This document shows, in pieces, positions 32,201 through 46,000 of a stretch of 64,000 nucleotides of DNA. The stretch spans positions 4,322 to 68,321 of the forward strand of contig DF237425.1 of the NCBI GenBank assembly GCA_000708835.1, in the 5' to 3' direction. This DNA is from Klebsormidium nitens (Eukaryota; Plantae; Klebsormidiophyceae). The number at the start of each line of letters is the position of its first letter. The first letter of the stretch is position 1. The notes under the pieces were generated by a model that saw nothing but the letters and a program-made list of their open reading frames with translations, was not told where the DNA came from and searched no databases. The translations under genes were made by a program, and so were the position numbers.

Positions 32201-32584
32201 TTTGCAGCTTGCATATGCGTTAAGCAAAGAATCAAATTCGTCTCTGCATGGGCCGCGGCTGGACTCCAATGAGAGCTTTGCGAGGGCGGCCGCCCTGGCA
32301 CTGGCCTGGGGGACTGGCCATCTGCATGGCCGATCTATGACACATGCATGGGCTTAGGACTCGGTTGCATCTGCATATCTACCAAAAAGTCGCAACACAG
32401 CCCGCGACCACATCGGACCACGTCCGGCCACCATGCTCAGCTTGATAGAATCAATATATGAATGGCAGTGGATAACGTACCGTACCAGGATGGAACAGGC
32501 GCATGATAATATGGTGGCGTATACTAGGACGATCCCATCAACTTGCGGACTTCTCAACTCGGAACTGAAATGATCATTAGATAG

Positions 32585-32960
32585 GCGACGTCCTTGAAAG
32601 TTTGAACGTCAATATCTAGCTTACATTGACGGTACCGATCGAAGATAATCAACGCCAGGAGCGTCGTACGTACTGAGTATGTTCTGCGGTAGATGTTTGA
32701 TTTGTCCTGTTCCTATAGAGTACTGCTGCACTGAAGGCTGGTACGTCGCTCCTAGGACGCAGTGAATCAACACGTTTCTCGAAGGAGACCTTGAAAGCAT
32801 TAATCAATGTCAAGCTTACATTGTACACCGTACCGACTAAAGATTTAAGGTCATGAGCATCGTACTATGTATATTCAGTTTGCAGTAGTTATTCAAGTTC
32901 CCGCTCCTAGAGTAGTGCTCATGACTGTAGACGCTCAGGAAATCAACACGTTTCTCGGAG
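32585..32960. repeat. Degenerate tandem repeat, about 180-190-bp period
   Basis: CCTTGAAAG..AGCTTACATTG..GTACCGA..AAGAT..GAGCRTCGTAC and AATCAACACGTTTCTCG each occur twice (about 32590-32780 and 32785-32960), with an AGCTTACATT remnant near 33192. Confidence 0.7.
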
Positions 32961-33297
32961 GCAAACTGTATAATGTAGCGTGCAATGATGCACCTCTAAA
33001 CAAGAATGGGTACAAAGCAGATGATGTTGAAGGTCGAGAACGAAGTGAATTTGACGCTGTCACTGCTGCGGTTACGTTGATCAACGCATGGAATCGAGGC
33101 AGCGGTACAGGGACAAACGTCCAATCGTACATTCTCTTGAATGAGCATGCCCCACTTGCAGGAGGCATCCAAGGAGAGTCACGGTAGAGCTTAGCTTACA
33201 TTACCTTGCAGAAGCAACACGCGCCAACAATATATATGCTACAGTCCGGTATGCTGAAGAGGTGATCGAGGTCAATCAGTGTTAGATTCCGTACAAG

Positions 33298-36200
33298 CTA
33301 TCTGGGTATAACGGGTTGACCAAGCCTGCTGCTCTGGCGCATGAAGGAGCTATCCCGCGTACCATATGGCGAGCCTCCATAGCTCATAGGCGATCCCCGG
33401 TCGTCTGATTGTCGTGCTACCGAGCGACGGTAATGATCTGCAACGGAGCAGGCACAGGTTCCAGATTCCATTTCAATCGGACGTTCTGCTCGAGACCAAA
33501 CGCAGAGCACTCCCCCCTAAAAGTGGCACGCCTAGCCGAAGGCCAGGTGGGATGCGAGGAAGTGATGGAAAAGCGACCTCCTTGACAGGTTATCCCAAGC
33601 GAACGGAGGCGATAGTACGACCCTTGCAGATGATCATAGAACTAGCAGCGGGAATGCAAGGGCTGTCAACTCTCGGGTATGATTTGCTGGCGCCACCCGG
33701 CTCATCCCAAGCTTCTCAGCATTTCAAAGGTACATGACAACCATCAGGCACCCAAATAACGGAGGCTCAGGCAGTTCCAACCAAGTTGGCGTTTCTTTTC
33801 GTGAAAGGGCGGTCATTGGAGGGGATCAGGTTGGCTGGTCCTACCGTGAAGAGTCGGTCAGAATAGCGAAGGGGAAAGGCATGTGTCCCTCACCTTTTAC
33901 ACGGACGCTGTCGAGCTCTCTTGCGAGCTCTTGCTTCCACTGCTCTTCCTTGGAAAGCGGCACGTCTTTCAAGCTGCAACAAGGAAACATCGCAGGGGGT
34001 CATCAATCACGATAAGAGGCCTCGGGTATCGGATGTGAGTCGCCCGCAAAATCGTTGTTAACCTTATGGGAGATGCAAAAGGAGGCTGCCCGATGAGGAG
34101 AGCCGCACTGACGAAGAAATTTTGACAGGAAAGAAGACATGCACAACCGAATATTTCGCTCTCGCCCTATCTCGTGCGCTTGTTCCGAGTTAGCGTCCTG
34201 AACACCATAACCAGCACCTCACGTGGGGCAAGACCCGCAATAGAATCTCCTTCCAGTCGAAACAGCTCTTTTAGAAACTGAATTCCTCCAATTGGTGAAC
34301 CTGCCTCAGAGGAATCAGAAGGCAAGAGCATAGAAGGGACGCACAAACGGTCCAGTTCTTTCTCTAAGACATCACTGTTAAGCTTCGCTGCCAACCCACC
34401 TTTCGGTCAGGAACGGCTGCGGCGGCCGCCCCAGGTCCAGGTCCGCCCTCGAAGCCCCGCCCTCCAGAAACGACGTTGCCCGCTTCACCCCAACCGGTAC
34501 GACACTGACGTCACTCCCGTCCCGACTGCTCCTCGCGCCGCTGCTCCCGCTGGTGCCGCCGCCGCTCCCGCCCTCCCGGAAACTGCGCGCACCCCGCGCC
34601 CGCGCGATCAATGGCGACGGGCCCCCCTCCGCGGGAACCACGCACCCCCCAGCGTTGGCACGGGTTCGGGGCTCGGTCTGCGGGACCCGGGGTACCGGGG
34701 TACGCGCGTAAGTTTCCTGGCCTCGGGGGGTGCCCCGGAAGCTCCTCGGGGGCGCGTCGTAGCTGTCTCGGTACGGGTCGGGGGGGTATCCGTTCACTCG
34801 CGGGCTGGCGTAGGGATCGGCGGGCTGGGGGGAGTAGCCGTTCCCTCGGGGGGAGGAATAGCTGTCCGCTTGGCTGTACCCATTATTGCCTCGGCCGTAA
34901 AACTCCCCCCCGCCAGAGTCGGGGTATCCATTACGCCCCTCCTCGTCGGGTGGCGCATACGAGTCGTCTTCTCGAGAGGGCGACCCCGAGTAGGCTTCTT
35001 GCTGCACGCTGGTCGCCCCGTAGCCGTCCGTCTCCTCGCCGGAGCGCTCGTCGGAAGCGTCCGAATACCGGAGGCTCGAGTTCGCCTGTTCCTCAAGAGG
35101 CACAATCAGCTCTTTAAATTTTTGCGCCTGCTCGTCTAGGAACGCCATGAGCGTTTCTTCGTTCACGACTTCCTCGGTGCCCAGATCTTCCTTTTCCGAC
35201 CGGCCCTTGGAACCCTCCTCTAACCGCTCGCTTTTGCCTCCGTAACCCTCGTCTAACCTCCCGCTTTTGGCACCATAACCCTCTTCCAACTTCCCGCCCT
35301 TGCCGCCATATGCTTCTTCCGCCTTTCCAGCTCTGCCGTCGTCTAACCGCCCAGACTTGCTCCGATAACCCTCGTCTAACCTCCCGGTTCTGAGCTCTTC
35401 CCCCTCGACTAACCGCCCCGTCCTGCCTCGATAACCCTCGTCCCCCCTCTCCTCTCTATTTACGTATGCTTCCTCCGTCTTTGACCGCACGCTTTTCCGT
35501 TCTTCCTCCCTCTCTCTCGAGCTCTGCCGTGAGTGGGCCCTGCTTTTGGGCGGGTCGGCATTGCTAGCACTGGCGCCGGGGGTGCCCTCGTTGCTGACAG
35601 GGCCTCCCGCGAGCTGCCTGCGAACTTCCGCCGAGACAAGGTTTTCGTCCTCGCTCAAACTGTTGTCCCAGTGTACGATGTTGACGTCGCCCGCAATCGT
35701 TGGCTCCTCCATCGGATTGAACGAGTTCTGTGAGAAAGAAGAAGATGGATCAAGGCTATCTGCCAAACATGGGAGCATCCTCACAAGAACAGCAAATAGT
35801 GAGCGAAGTGGTCAACATCAAGCGGACTCTTCATGATCAACGAGATAAAAGGATAAGCTCTTCACACACTGAGAAAGCTTTGAAACTACAACAATAAGAT
35901 CTTCATTGGACAGAGAGAATGAGAAGACGCGAAGGAACACGGAGGGACTCGAAAAAGAGAGGGAAAGCAAGAGGGAAAGACGGTATCATAAGTACCGCAA
36001 TCATATGTCTCTACCCTTACTTCCTTGAAGACCAATATTGGGTCCGCAGGATACATTTCCAAGATAAAATCGCAGGCTTCACTTCCGAGCAGATTCGACA
36101 GAAAGTTACAGAAGAGTACAGACAGTCAGAAAAACGGGACAGAACAAGGATTTCGAAAGTCGCGGGGGAATTTCGGTGTCGGGATTACTATGCAGACCTT

Positions 36201-39200
36201 GTACGCAACAAAAGGGAGCCGCCGTGCCTCAGATCTTGGTGATAGTGTCTATCAGCACTGTTTCTCAGAGTGGTGCATGACATATTTGCATCATAGGCAG
36301 CGGCCCCCTCGAAAAATGTCAGTGACATCGTTTCCAGCAGAAGGAATACCAAGCCCGACACTCGGAGCAAGCGTCCAGACAGCGACAGCCCTTCGGATCC
36401 AGCCTGAAAATATCACCAATTTTGTCATAAGAGCTCACCATCATCGAGAGGTTATTGTAATCCCCTACGCCCAGCCCCGTCGGGAACTGCACCATACCCC
36501 GCGCCTCCTCCTCCTCTTCGCTCCTGTGCCCGTTCTGGCGGCCCCCATCCCGGAAGCTCTCCCCGTCCCTAGTTCCCCCTCCGCTCTCGCCGGGCGAATA
36601 CTCCCCCCTGCTCGCGGACTGGTCTTCGCCGATTGGGCCCAGCTGATTTTCGTAAGCGAGGCTGGCCTGATTTCGGTTGAGGCTTTGTGGGGGAAGGGAG
36701 GATACTACCGAGCCTTGCCGCATGCTATCGTCGTCGTAACTGGTGGAAGGGGGGAGGGGGGCGGTGGGAGGGGTGGCGGGGCGCTTGTTCCAGGCGGGAG
36801 CGTAGGAAGGCGTACGGCCTCCTGCGCTCGTGAGTGTCTGCACGGGTCACCGGAGAACGGGCATGAGTTGGCTTTCGAAACAGCAATTGAATTCTTTGTA
36901 CAGGAATGTGATTATTCTGGACTCGATTGATGTGACTCAATTGATGTGTATGGCCAATTCAAACGACTAAGATTAGGCCGAGCCTTCGAAAGGTGGAGGC
37001 CTCGGAGAACGATGCTTTTCTGCTTCCACCGACGAGGGTGTGGCGGTTCGTAATCTAAAGCAGTTTCGAACCCGGTCGACAATGAGCTCGGAGCCAACCT
37101 TCGAAATTGATCGAAAGCAGTAATCAGGTGCCAGAATCAAACAGAAATATCAAAGCCTGGCCAACACATTAAGAACTGCATGCATGCTGAACTGTGCCCC
37201 GCTCTCCTTTCTCCAAGCCACGCAAGATTATGGGGATGGTTTCACTCACCCCACTGGTCAGCACGGGCGTTTGCTGCGAGGGCACAGACGGAAGGAAGGT
37301 GCTGCTAGCAAGGGACGGGGAAATGCTAGACCGCTCGAGACCGGCTTCTGCTATGAACGGGTGCTGCACAGAGAACCGGGGCACGTTAAGGAGCTTTTCC
37401 TAGACCTTCAGGAGCTTTCCTTGGAAACGACCAACTCCATAAACGGCGGAGAAGGACGGTCGCGGGGGTTTACTGAAGACACACCATTGGTCTAAACTCA
37501 CTCAATTCTTTTCTTGAAGAATGATGCAACCAATGATTGCTGCTAGTCGCAGTCCCAAACCAGCCTTCGTGTTGTCAGCAAACTTTGGTACCTGCCGAAA
37601 TGTCGAGCTTAAGACAACGATAGATTCCTTTGATTGTCTCCGTCTCTTTTGGTCGACTTCGGTCATGCTAACCGATCTCAGCACGCTTGGCCCTGTCAGC
37701 TCGAAGGTGCGATATCTTCTGCATTACAGATTTCTCGAGCACACAGGACCAGATTCGGCAACAGTCGTTATGATTCCAGAACTCGTTCTTCCGAATCATT
37801 CTCTACATGAACGAATGTTGCAGAATTTTCCGCACTTACCCTGAGTAGCTCTGTGGCGCTCGGCCTCTCCTTTGGGTCTCGCCGAAAGCACTTGAGCAGG
37901 AAATCGCGTCCATCGGCCGACAGGTTTTCGGGGATCGGCGGGGGGCCTTTTGAGGATGCAATATGGAAAAGTGCGGAGACCTGCAAAAAGCGTGTATACT
38001 TAGCACTACCAATCACCGGCTACAACGAGTGTCTCGTAAAACCATGGCGAAAACCTGAAACCTTTTCAGTGCTGCATGAAGCTTGATGCTTCCATGGGCC
38101 GCAGGGAACAGGGAACAGGGAACAGGGAAGGGTCAGGAGGGACGATTGCGGTTGTGTGTCTTCTCACCCCTGACGAGAACTGGCTCCAAGGCGGCTTCCC
38201 TGTCGCCATCTCAATGACTGTGCACCCAACGCTCCAGATGTCCGCTTGTCTTCCATGCCCCGTTTGCTTGATCACCTCTGGGGCCATCCAATACGGTGTG
38301 CCCTTCATGGACCGGAATCCCTCTGACATGGTCGCCTGTAGAGAAACATTCGAGGTTGTTCGCCTACAAAATCGGAACTCCTGTTCGCTTCAGAACATTG
38401 CAAGGCTACTTCTTGAAATGAAGGCTTGACCGAAGTGCTTGGTTTAGTCCTTAACCTCTGCACAAGGATACTTGAAATGAGCAGATTGTGAACAATTTGC
38501 ATGTCGACTGTTACCTTCAACACGAATACGCCTTGTTGAAACCAAAATCTTCAACCAAAGTCGATATAAGGGCACGCTTCCCATTCCCTAAAACTTCCAT
38601 TTCCCGCTTAATTGCTGGAAATTTCGAAGAACCAGGGACCATCTTTTGCCTTCCATTTCAGTCACTAAGCAGAAAGTGCACGAATCTTTCAAACAACCAT
38701 CATCCGAGTCGGGAAAGGAGGTACTCGGAACCAATAAAGGGGAGGACACTCACCAAATCAGCTAGCTTCTTCGAAGCTCCAAAATCAGCGAGCTTGATCA
38801 CGCCTTTATTGTCCACCAGAATATTGGCTCCCTGCATGGCATAGAAGAGGTTCAGTTGATAATCGGATTGATGGGCCAGCATCGACGTTGCTGCAGCAAA
38901 TTTGAAAGATCGAGAGAATGATAAATAGATTGTGATTAGATTTCAACCTCGTACTCTCCACAAACTTTCGTAAGATCAAAATACTCCCACCGCAGCAGCT
39001 GTTCTGCCTCAGAACGAGGTCTTGAGCCCGGGCTAGCAGCCTACCTTGATGTCTCGATGCATGATCTGGTGGTTGTGCAAGTACTCCAAACCAAGCAGGA
39101 GCTGGCACGTGTATCTCCGAATGACCTGGGCGCACAAAGTTGCTGTCAGATTGAGGAGGACAAGGAGTTCTGGGGTTACCGAAGACTGTCCAATGTCGGG

Positions 39201-41184
39201 GGGCTGCACAGCAAGGAGCGCTTTCTAACACCACGAAGACTGGTTTGAAACCTGTCACAAATCACTGATGCTCACTGCAGATCACTATCAACCGAGCGGC
39301 TGGAGATGCATTACATATGACAAGACTGCATCTAAAGAGACCTTCCAGGTGGGGAAATGACCAGCCATAGAAGCCATAATCGAAAAGAGGAGGCTTCTAC
39401 AATGATTCCTGGTTTCTTGCACTGACGTTATGACGTACCCGCAAGCAATGTGTAATAATTCGAAGAACTTACTGTTTCTTTGAAGCTTCCAAACTTGGAC
39501 AGAAGCGAGGCGATCGAGCCCCCAGGGACAAACTCAAGGAAGATATTCAGGCACTCCTCCTCACGGTCGGTTCCCAGGTACCGCTGCATGAGCATCATAT
39601 CCGCATGTCAGGTAGGATTTGTCTATCAAAAAGATGCTCTTGCAACTGCTCCCCCTGGTTTTCTGCGCCGCTTCACCTTGTAAGCGGGAAAAAGCGGCAC
39701 AGAAGTTGTGACCTCCTACCTGAGAAAGTATTTCAAGGAGTACTGACCATCCTTTTCTCAGCTTTTCACAACAGAAACTCTTCTTACACTGGCTGCTTCC
39801 AACTGTTGTTGCAACAAGCGGTGTGAAGTGCCTCATTCTGTGCCTTCCCTGTCCGCATCACACGTCCAATCCGCACCAACTTTTAAAAGGGGGGCATTGC
39901 CGTACTTACCACGATGTTCGGATGCGACAGGTTCCGGAGCACAGCCACCTCAGCCTCCAGCCCCTTCAGATGTTCCTGGATCTTCTCCTTGGACGTATTA
40001 TTAGTTGCTAGGAGGACCTGCTTCACTGCTAAAAGCTCCCCCGAATCTAGGTTCATCCCCATGTAGACCCTCCCAAATGCACCCGCGCCGATCAGTTGCC
40101 CCTTGGCCCATCGGATGGGCTCTAGGGTGTCTTGCGGCGGCCCGACACCCTCGATCATGCGCTGCAGATCGTCGGCGCTATCCCCGTTTTCGTGGAAGAC
40201 TGGAGCTTCGTCAACGCTGTTGAAGTAGTCGTCCTCCGCAGGGGTCTGCAGATCACAGAATGATTGGACCGTGCTTTGCCAAAGCTTCAGAATTGGCAGC
40301 TGATAATCACAGAATGGATTGGACGAAACGATCATAAAAGGTTGGTTCAACAGATCAACTTTGCCAGATGCTGTTCTTGAGGCATATGCTGAGAATCATT
40401 TCTGCTCAGGAAGGCAGAAAACTTTCGCAGGTAGAAGACCGGCTCTTTCAAAGTGCTCTCCTTGAAAAGTAGCGGTCAGACGTTGTAGATGCCTCTAAGA
40501 CAACTTTTCATCCCACGAGATGTGGAGATGAATTACAACCTGCTAGCAATAGGGGCTAGCTGTTGCTCAACCCTAACGCTTGATCGTTTATGCAGGAGAT
40601 CTGCGCGCCAAAGCAGGCGTCCACCTTGGAACCAGCGGAAAAGATTATTGGGGCCAAACCTGAGGCGTGCTTGCGCTTGGGGGGGTGGTCAGGTTTGCAG
40701 GGATGCTTGGGGGGATGTCCACCCGCAAGTCACGATTTGCACGTGGTGGTCTTTCCTCCCCTCGGGGCTGCATTTGAGGCACATTCCCATGAATAGTGGA
40801 TAAACAGAGCGGTCCATTCTGCAGGGTCCCTGAGGAAGGTTACATCATCGGACAATATTCGTTCACAAGGAGAGTTAAGGAATAGAAGAAGCACAGATTG
40901 ATTTGGAGTCCTCCAACTGGAATTGAGGAGGAGCCCAATGTGAACCCAACCATATGCACAATCCAATGGTTTGAAAATGGCGATTTGCAGATACTCACCC
41001 TTGCATTCCGGTTCACATCAACTCTCCTGCTCTGGCCCGCTTCAAACCTTGATGCAGCATAGGAACTTTCTCGGCCTCCAAGTGGTTTCTGCCGGACGTC
41101 AGCACTTGCATGGTTTGCATAGCTGTGCTGTCCATAAACAGCATTCTGGACATAGGCTGGATGCCCATCCTGCAAGCGCCCCAT
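33298..41184 (-). CDS. NPK1: MAP kinase kinase kinase, NPK1/ANP (MEKK) subfamily, about 1100 aa
   Basis: Exons 41184-40999, 40818-40660, 40245-39910, 39583-39473, 39125-39045, 38831-38754, 38335-38168, 37980-37840, 37363-37250, 36837-36439, 35727-34400, 33973-33894, 33437-33298. Kinase motifs: [58 protein letters not shown]-type NSFNPMEEP and a C-terminal [10 protein letters not shown] segment are present. The symbol denotes the subfamily, not proven orthology. Confidence 0.92.
38102..38129. repeat. Intronic (CAGGGAA)4 microsatellite
   Basis: Four perfect 7-bp units. Confidence 0.9.
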
Positions 41185-43027
41185 GAGAGTAAGATTTATT
41201 GATACTTTGCAACTTTCAAACTGGTGAAGTATGCAGAGATTGACTGGCTTTCAAATTTGGACTGACTCGCAGATAAACCCTTTTCGAATCAGTGACCCGC
41301 AGCAGCGAGAATTCGAAAAACCAGAAAATCAAGAGGGAAAAATTGCAGGCGTTACCAATTCTTTACATTATCAATGAGATACGAAATGGTCTTACGATGG
41401 CAGCACTCACATGCTCGTCTGGAAAAGCCTGTCTCCCAGCACAGAGCGATGCCCCCATGCTGCCCTACAGAGTAACCCGAAGTTGCCCTGCTCGGACCCC
41501 GAGTAGCTAATGACTTCTTAGCCTGTCCACCATGGTAGTGATACAGGCTCTCTGCTCGAATCTGTGCTCTAGCACATGCTTTACACAAGAAATCTGTCTT
41601 GACGGCAGTCTTGATGTCCCCAACGCTATTCAAGCTGCCTTGCAATACGGAGTGGAAAGTTAGGCTGACATGTTATCCAGGTTGGCAAACATTGTGAATG
41701 GCCCAATTGATCACCCGTGCACCATCGTTGCAAGCGACTGGCTTCTAAATTGAGCCTGTGCACAGCACCTTTGATAGAACCAACAGAAAGTGCCTCTTCC
41801 AATGTGGATAACCGTCTTTATTGGAGATAGCTGTCCTAGTCAGCGCAGCGGTCTCATGGGCTCATGTCACAGCAACCAGTACCCCAGGCCAGCACTTGGA
41901 TTTCTCCCTTGACCACCAGCCTGGGACACCCCTGTTGTCTCCGTGCATGTTTCTAACCGCTCAACCTTCCCTCTCAACCCTCCTTGCTCAACAAGCTCTG
42001 TCTGAAACTCGTTTCGACACTTTCAAATCCACTAAGTAAGCATCCCCAGGAATCGCTCTAACAGGGAGGGCAGCCCCTGTACCATCGAATGTGTCAGGTG
42101 GAAATGCCAGGCAATGCGAACTACCAAGCAGCAGGGCAGCAGCTGCAGGCTGTCCTGCTCGCGCCTGATCTCCCCTGTGCGTCCGGCCTCTTCCTGGAGC
42201 TCTGACTCAACGGTTGGAAGCACATTGTTGAAGTAAATGTTGACGGACGGTGAAAGTGTCCGGCTTACATAATGCTCATATGCCGTCTATTCAATCATTT
42301 TTTGTTTTTCCCAACGTCCCTAAGACCTGGTTCCATAACAATCCATTCAGAACAAGATTTTGCAAACAGAAACTGATCATATAGTCACAGAATACCGGAT
42401 TATACGAATTTTACGCAATCGCCAAAACCTACGTCCCAAAACAAAAAGCAAGCACTGGATCATGGATGACATTTAGAGATCAAACCAGAGGGGGACTTGA
42501 AGTTGAAGCACTGAATGCATGAGAGCTCAGAGAATCTGAATAGTCTGCAGAGAGCACATGGGAGCAGCCTGAGGAGCTGGAACCATTGGCTGGTCCTTTG
42601 CGCAGCCAGACGGTTGGGTTCATGCTCTTCGAAGAAACGAACACACATCAGAAACCATTACCTCTGGGGACGGCACGACCCCTGGTTTGCAGATTGTGGA
42701 CAAGGAGGAAAGCAAGGTCGGCAGTGCAGTGTTGTCCAGCGGCTCAGCCCCAAAACGCCTAGACAAGGTGCAATTCCACGTCGAGGAACTCAGCCGGTTG
42801 CAGCTCGTACTACAAGGAGGATGCCATAGAAAGTTTGTTGTTGCTATGTACTCGTCTGCTTCCAAGTCTCCGCAATTCAACCAATTGAGGCAGTTTTGGC
42901 TTTCTAAAAGCTCTTTCAAAAAACCACCAATCAGGCCTTCTCAGGGCGGCACATTTAAGGTAGCGTCCGACAATCTTTTCCATCTCCTGCCTTTGACAGG
43001 AGCAAATCTTCTGCAAGAAGGGAGACC

Positions 43028-46000
43028 ATGCTCGGAGGCGAGAAAAGGTAAGTCCTGTGTATATATCTAGTTGGTGGCAAAGGGTTTTCAGTCTTCTGCT
43101 GAGAAAGCTTTTCTTTGCTTAGTAAGTAGTGTGAAGACGAGAAACATTTAACTTGGTGGTTTGGCCGCGTCTTTGACCGTGTTGCACAAGAAGCAGACTA
43201 TGTGAACCTTGTCTTTAAGCATTTGGTACAACAATTCCCTGCTTTTGTATGGCGACTTTGGAGCCTCGTGTCCCTCCTTCAAGGTTGTCTAATTCAAAAT
43301 GGCGCTTTAATGTATCGTCCAGTGTCTGCTACATCCTTGGTTTTATTTTGAGTGGTGACTCTCCAAGGTGGTGCCTGCTTTGAAGGCAGACTTTACCTAC
43401 TCTCAGCGTCTGCCAATTGCTCACACAAATGCAAGTTCTGTGGCGGTCTTTCAAGTGACTGCAGTTCGACCTATTAGGCAAAGTCTGCAATTATATTCAT
43501 TCGTTGGCAATTTTCTTGGCGAAGAGGTTCTGCATTTCAACCGGGTCCATTAATTCCTGACCAGTGGTGGAAGGTTTTATTTGGATTGTCCGTTACTTAT
43601 TTCCAATCAGGCTTTGGTGCCATTCGAATACCCCATAGTTTGCTCATCTTTGGCGCGAGCTACTCGCTTGTGGTGCAACTCTTTGAAGTATTTAGAGTAC
43701 AGCAACAGCGCAGACTGTCAAAATAGTCTTTGGAGGGCCACTGGTTTTTACGCGCGCCAACGCAACTCTTTGTGTACATCGTAGGGGCCCTTGCTCATCT
43801 GTGTCTGCTTTGCCACTTGGTTCTTCTGCTTCTGTGTACAGAGGAGTCTTGTCCGGAGGAGCTCAATCGTACTTAGCAACCCCAATCATTGTGTGCATTG
43901 TTGGGCCCTTGCTCATCTGCGCAGCTCAACCAATTGTTTGTATCTTTTCCTGTTTTACAGAGGAGTGCCAGCCCGGAGGGGCTTAACCGTACTTGGCAAA
44001 ATTCCAGCGGTGCCAAAGCCTATCAATCTTCCCAGTCAGAGGTGAGTGCTAGACATGCGAGCACGTGATGACCGGCAGCTTTAATTGCCCGTTCTCAGCG
44101 ATCAGAATTCAGCATCTCGAACGCCTTTTGTACAAGGTTGTTATTGCCCTTTGGAGGTTCGCCGAACGTCCAGACCTCTTAAGAAGCAAAATATCATTGT
44201 TGCTGCAAGATTGCTGTTCAAAAGAAGGTGCGCCGTTTTGAGTTTCCATGTGTGGGGCTGTGGTTTATGTGCGTTCTCATTGTTTGCAGGCTTGAAAATC
44301 GGGGACTCGATCCCAATGTCGAGATTGTACCCAAGTAAGTACTCTGGATTTGTGTTCTTCTTTTGTGCCTCCAGGCCAAGGTTGACTGTGGCAGGTTTGA
44401 TTTGACCAAGCAAGAGAAGCAGTTGGTCGCCTTCTGTGATGGAATCTGGACAGCGACTTATCTAGCACTCTGTGTCGCCTATATTTGTATCTGTTAGACA
44501 AAACTCAGAGAGAGTACGTGGTCTGGACTTGTTCCATGTGCAAAATCCTGTCAGTTGACTGTCATCGTCCTGATTTTGAACCGTATGTTTCTACACCAGG
44601 CATTGAGACCTCACGCGATAATAGATGCTCTCACTTAGACATTCTTCCAGCTTATCGTAATAAGCCTTAACACCGTCGACAGAAAGCAGACTTCTTGAGG
44701 ACATCGTTCATGGTTTGGTGTTGTTTCAGGGGCTCCTTTGGATGGGCCACCGGACGTTCTCCCCCAACAAGCGCCGGTCCATGGGGCGCTCACGCCCCTC
44801 CGCCAGCGGGGCCCTGGGGCGGGCCTGCCCAGCCAACCGCCGCGACGCCTCAGCCGAGCCTTCTGGAAGTTCAGCAACAGCAGTTAGAACAGCAGCAGCA
44901 GCAGAAGCAGGTATGTTACACTTCTCCTTTCAGTGGCGCTATGGACACTGAAGAGTTGAGCGATCGGTTGGGGAGTGCTGATTTGGCGCTCTCTTGAGGG
45001 AGAAGGATCCTGGTGGGGCGTCTGCCTCATTGCTCTTTTCAATTCTTTTGAAATTGTCAAGACGAAGTCGGAACAAATGCATTCCGGGACAATCACTGCC
45101 AAAATGACGCGAAGTCTCTGAACAAGCGAGGTCTAGTCTCGGAGTTTCCTCGGTCCCTCATGATGTGAGTTCTTTGACTTCCCAAATTCGTGAAGTTGCA
45201 ACACTGGAACTCGCTCCTTGCCTCCTGCAGACCCCTGCACCACCAGGATCAAGCGCATGGGCCAACAAAGGCCCCCCGCCTGGGGACCAGGCACCGGTTC
45301 ATGAGCCGCGCCCACCTCGTCCTGCAAGTGCTGACGATGCGGGACGTGCTTTGAAGACGAGTCTGAGTACGAAGTCGGCAGACGGGGGACCCCCTGCTCC
45401 TGGAACGCCGCCAGTGCCATCGGCATGGGGGCTACAGAAGCCTGCGGTGAGCGTCGCCTGGTGTCAAATGATTGTGTGGTCTCGTTTCTCGAGTGATTGA
45501 TTGCGCAGCCTGTTGGGAAATTAATTGTCTTAGACCCTGATCGCAAACTAACAGCGTTCTGTCTATCTACAAGGGGCTCTGTTGGGAGGGCCGCTAGCGA
45601 GCGAAAATTCAAGAGCGAGTTGGGTCCTGCGGGGTATTGAGTTGCTGTTCACGTCTTAAATTGTTATATTCCCAGATGTATCCTTTTCTATGCTTATCAA
45701 TTTCTAGATTTGACACATCGATCAAACGGAGCTGAGGAGGGGGCAGCAATTCCGGCTCAAGGGGGCATATGGATCGGGGTATTTTCGTTGATCGGTGAAG
45801 GTGATACGGTTCCATGAGCTCAGGACAACCTTTCTTTCTAGTTTCTAGGCTGCAGTCAAAGCTACAAGCATTCGTTCTGGTTTGCAGGGACCTGGTTCCT
45901 CTTCGCGCCCCGCGAACGACAAAGACTTTCCGGCTTTCGGAGCAGAGAGGGCGCCTGATGAGCCGCCGCGCTCAGGTCAGTCTTCTTCCTTCTGCAGGAT

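Noticed and set aside
34063-34107. Possible extra 45-nt MAPKKK exon (phase 2 to 2)
   Set aside because: It is compatible with the frame but not required, because the flanking exons join in phase without it; left out of the model.
34611-36930. Long plus-strand ORFs (34611-35117, 36025-36930)
   Set aside because: Antisense shadows of GC-rich MAPKKK exons.
42620-42919. 99-aa minus-strand ORF in the divergent promoter region
   Set aside because: No motif or supporting splice structure; probably chance.
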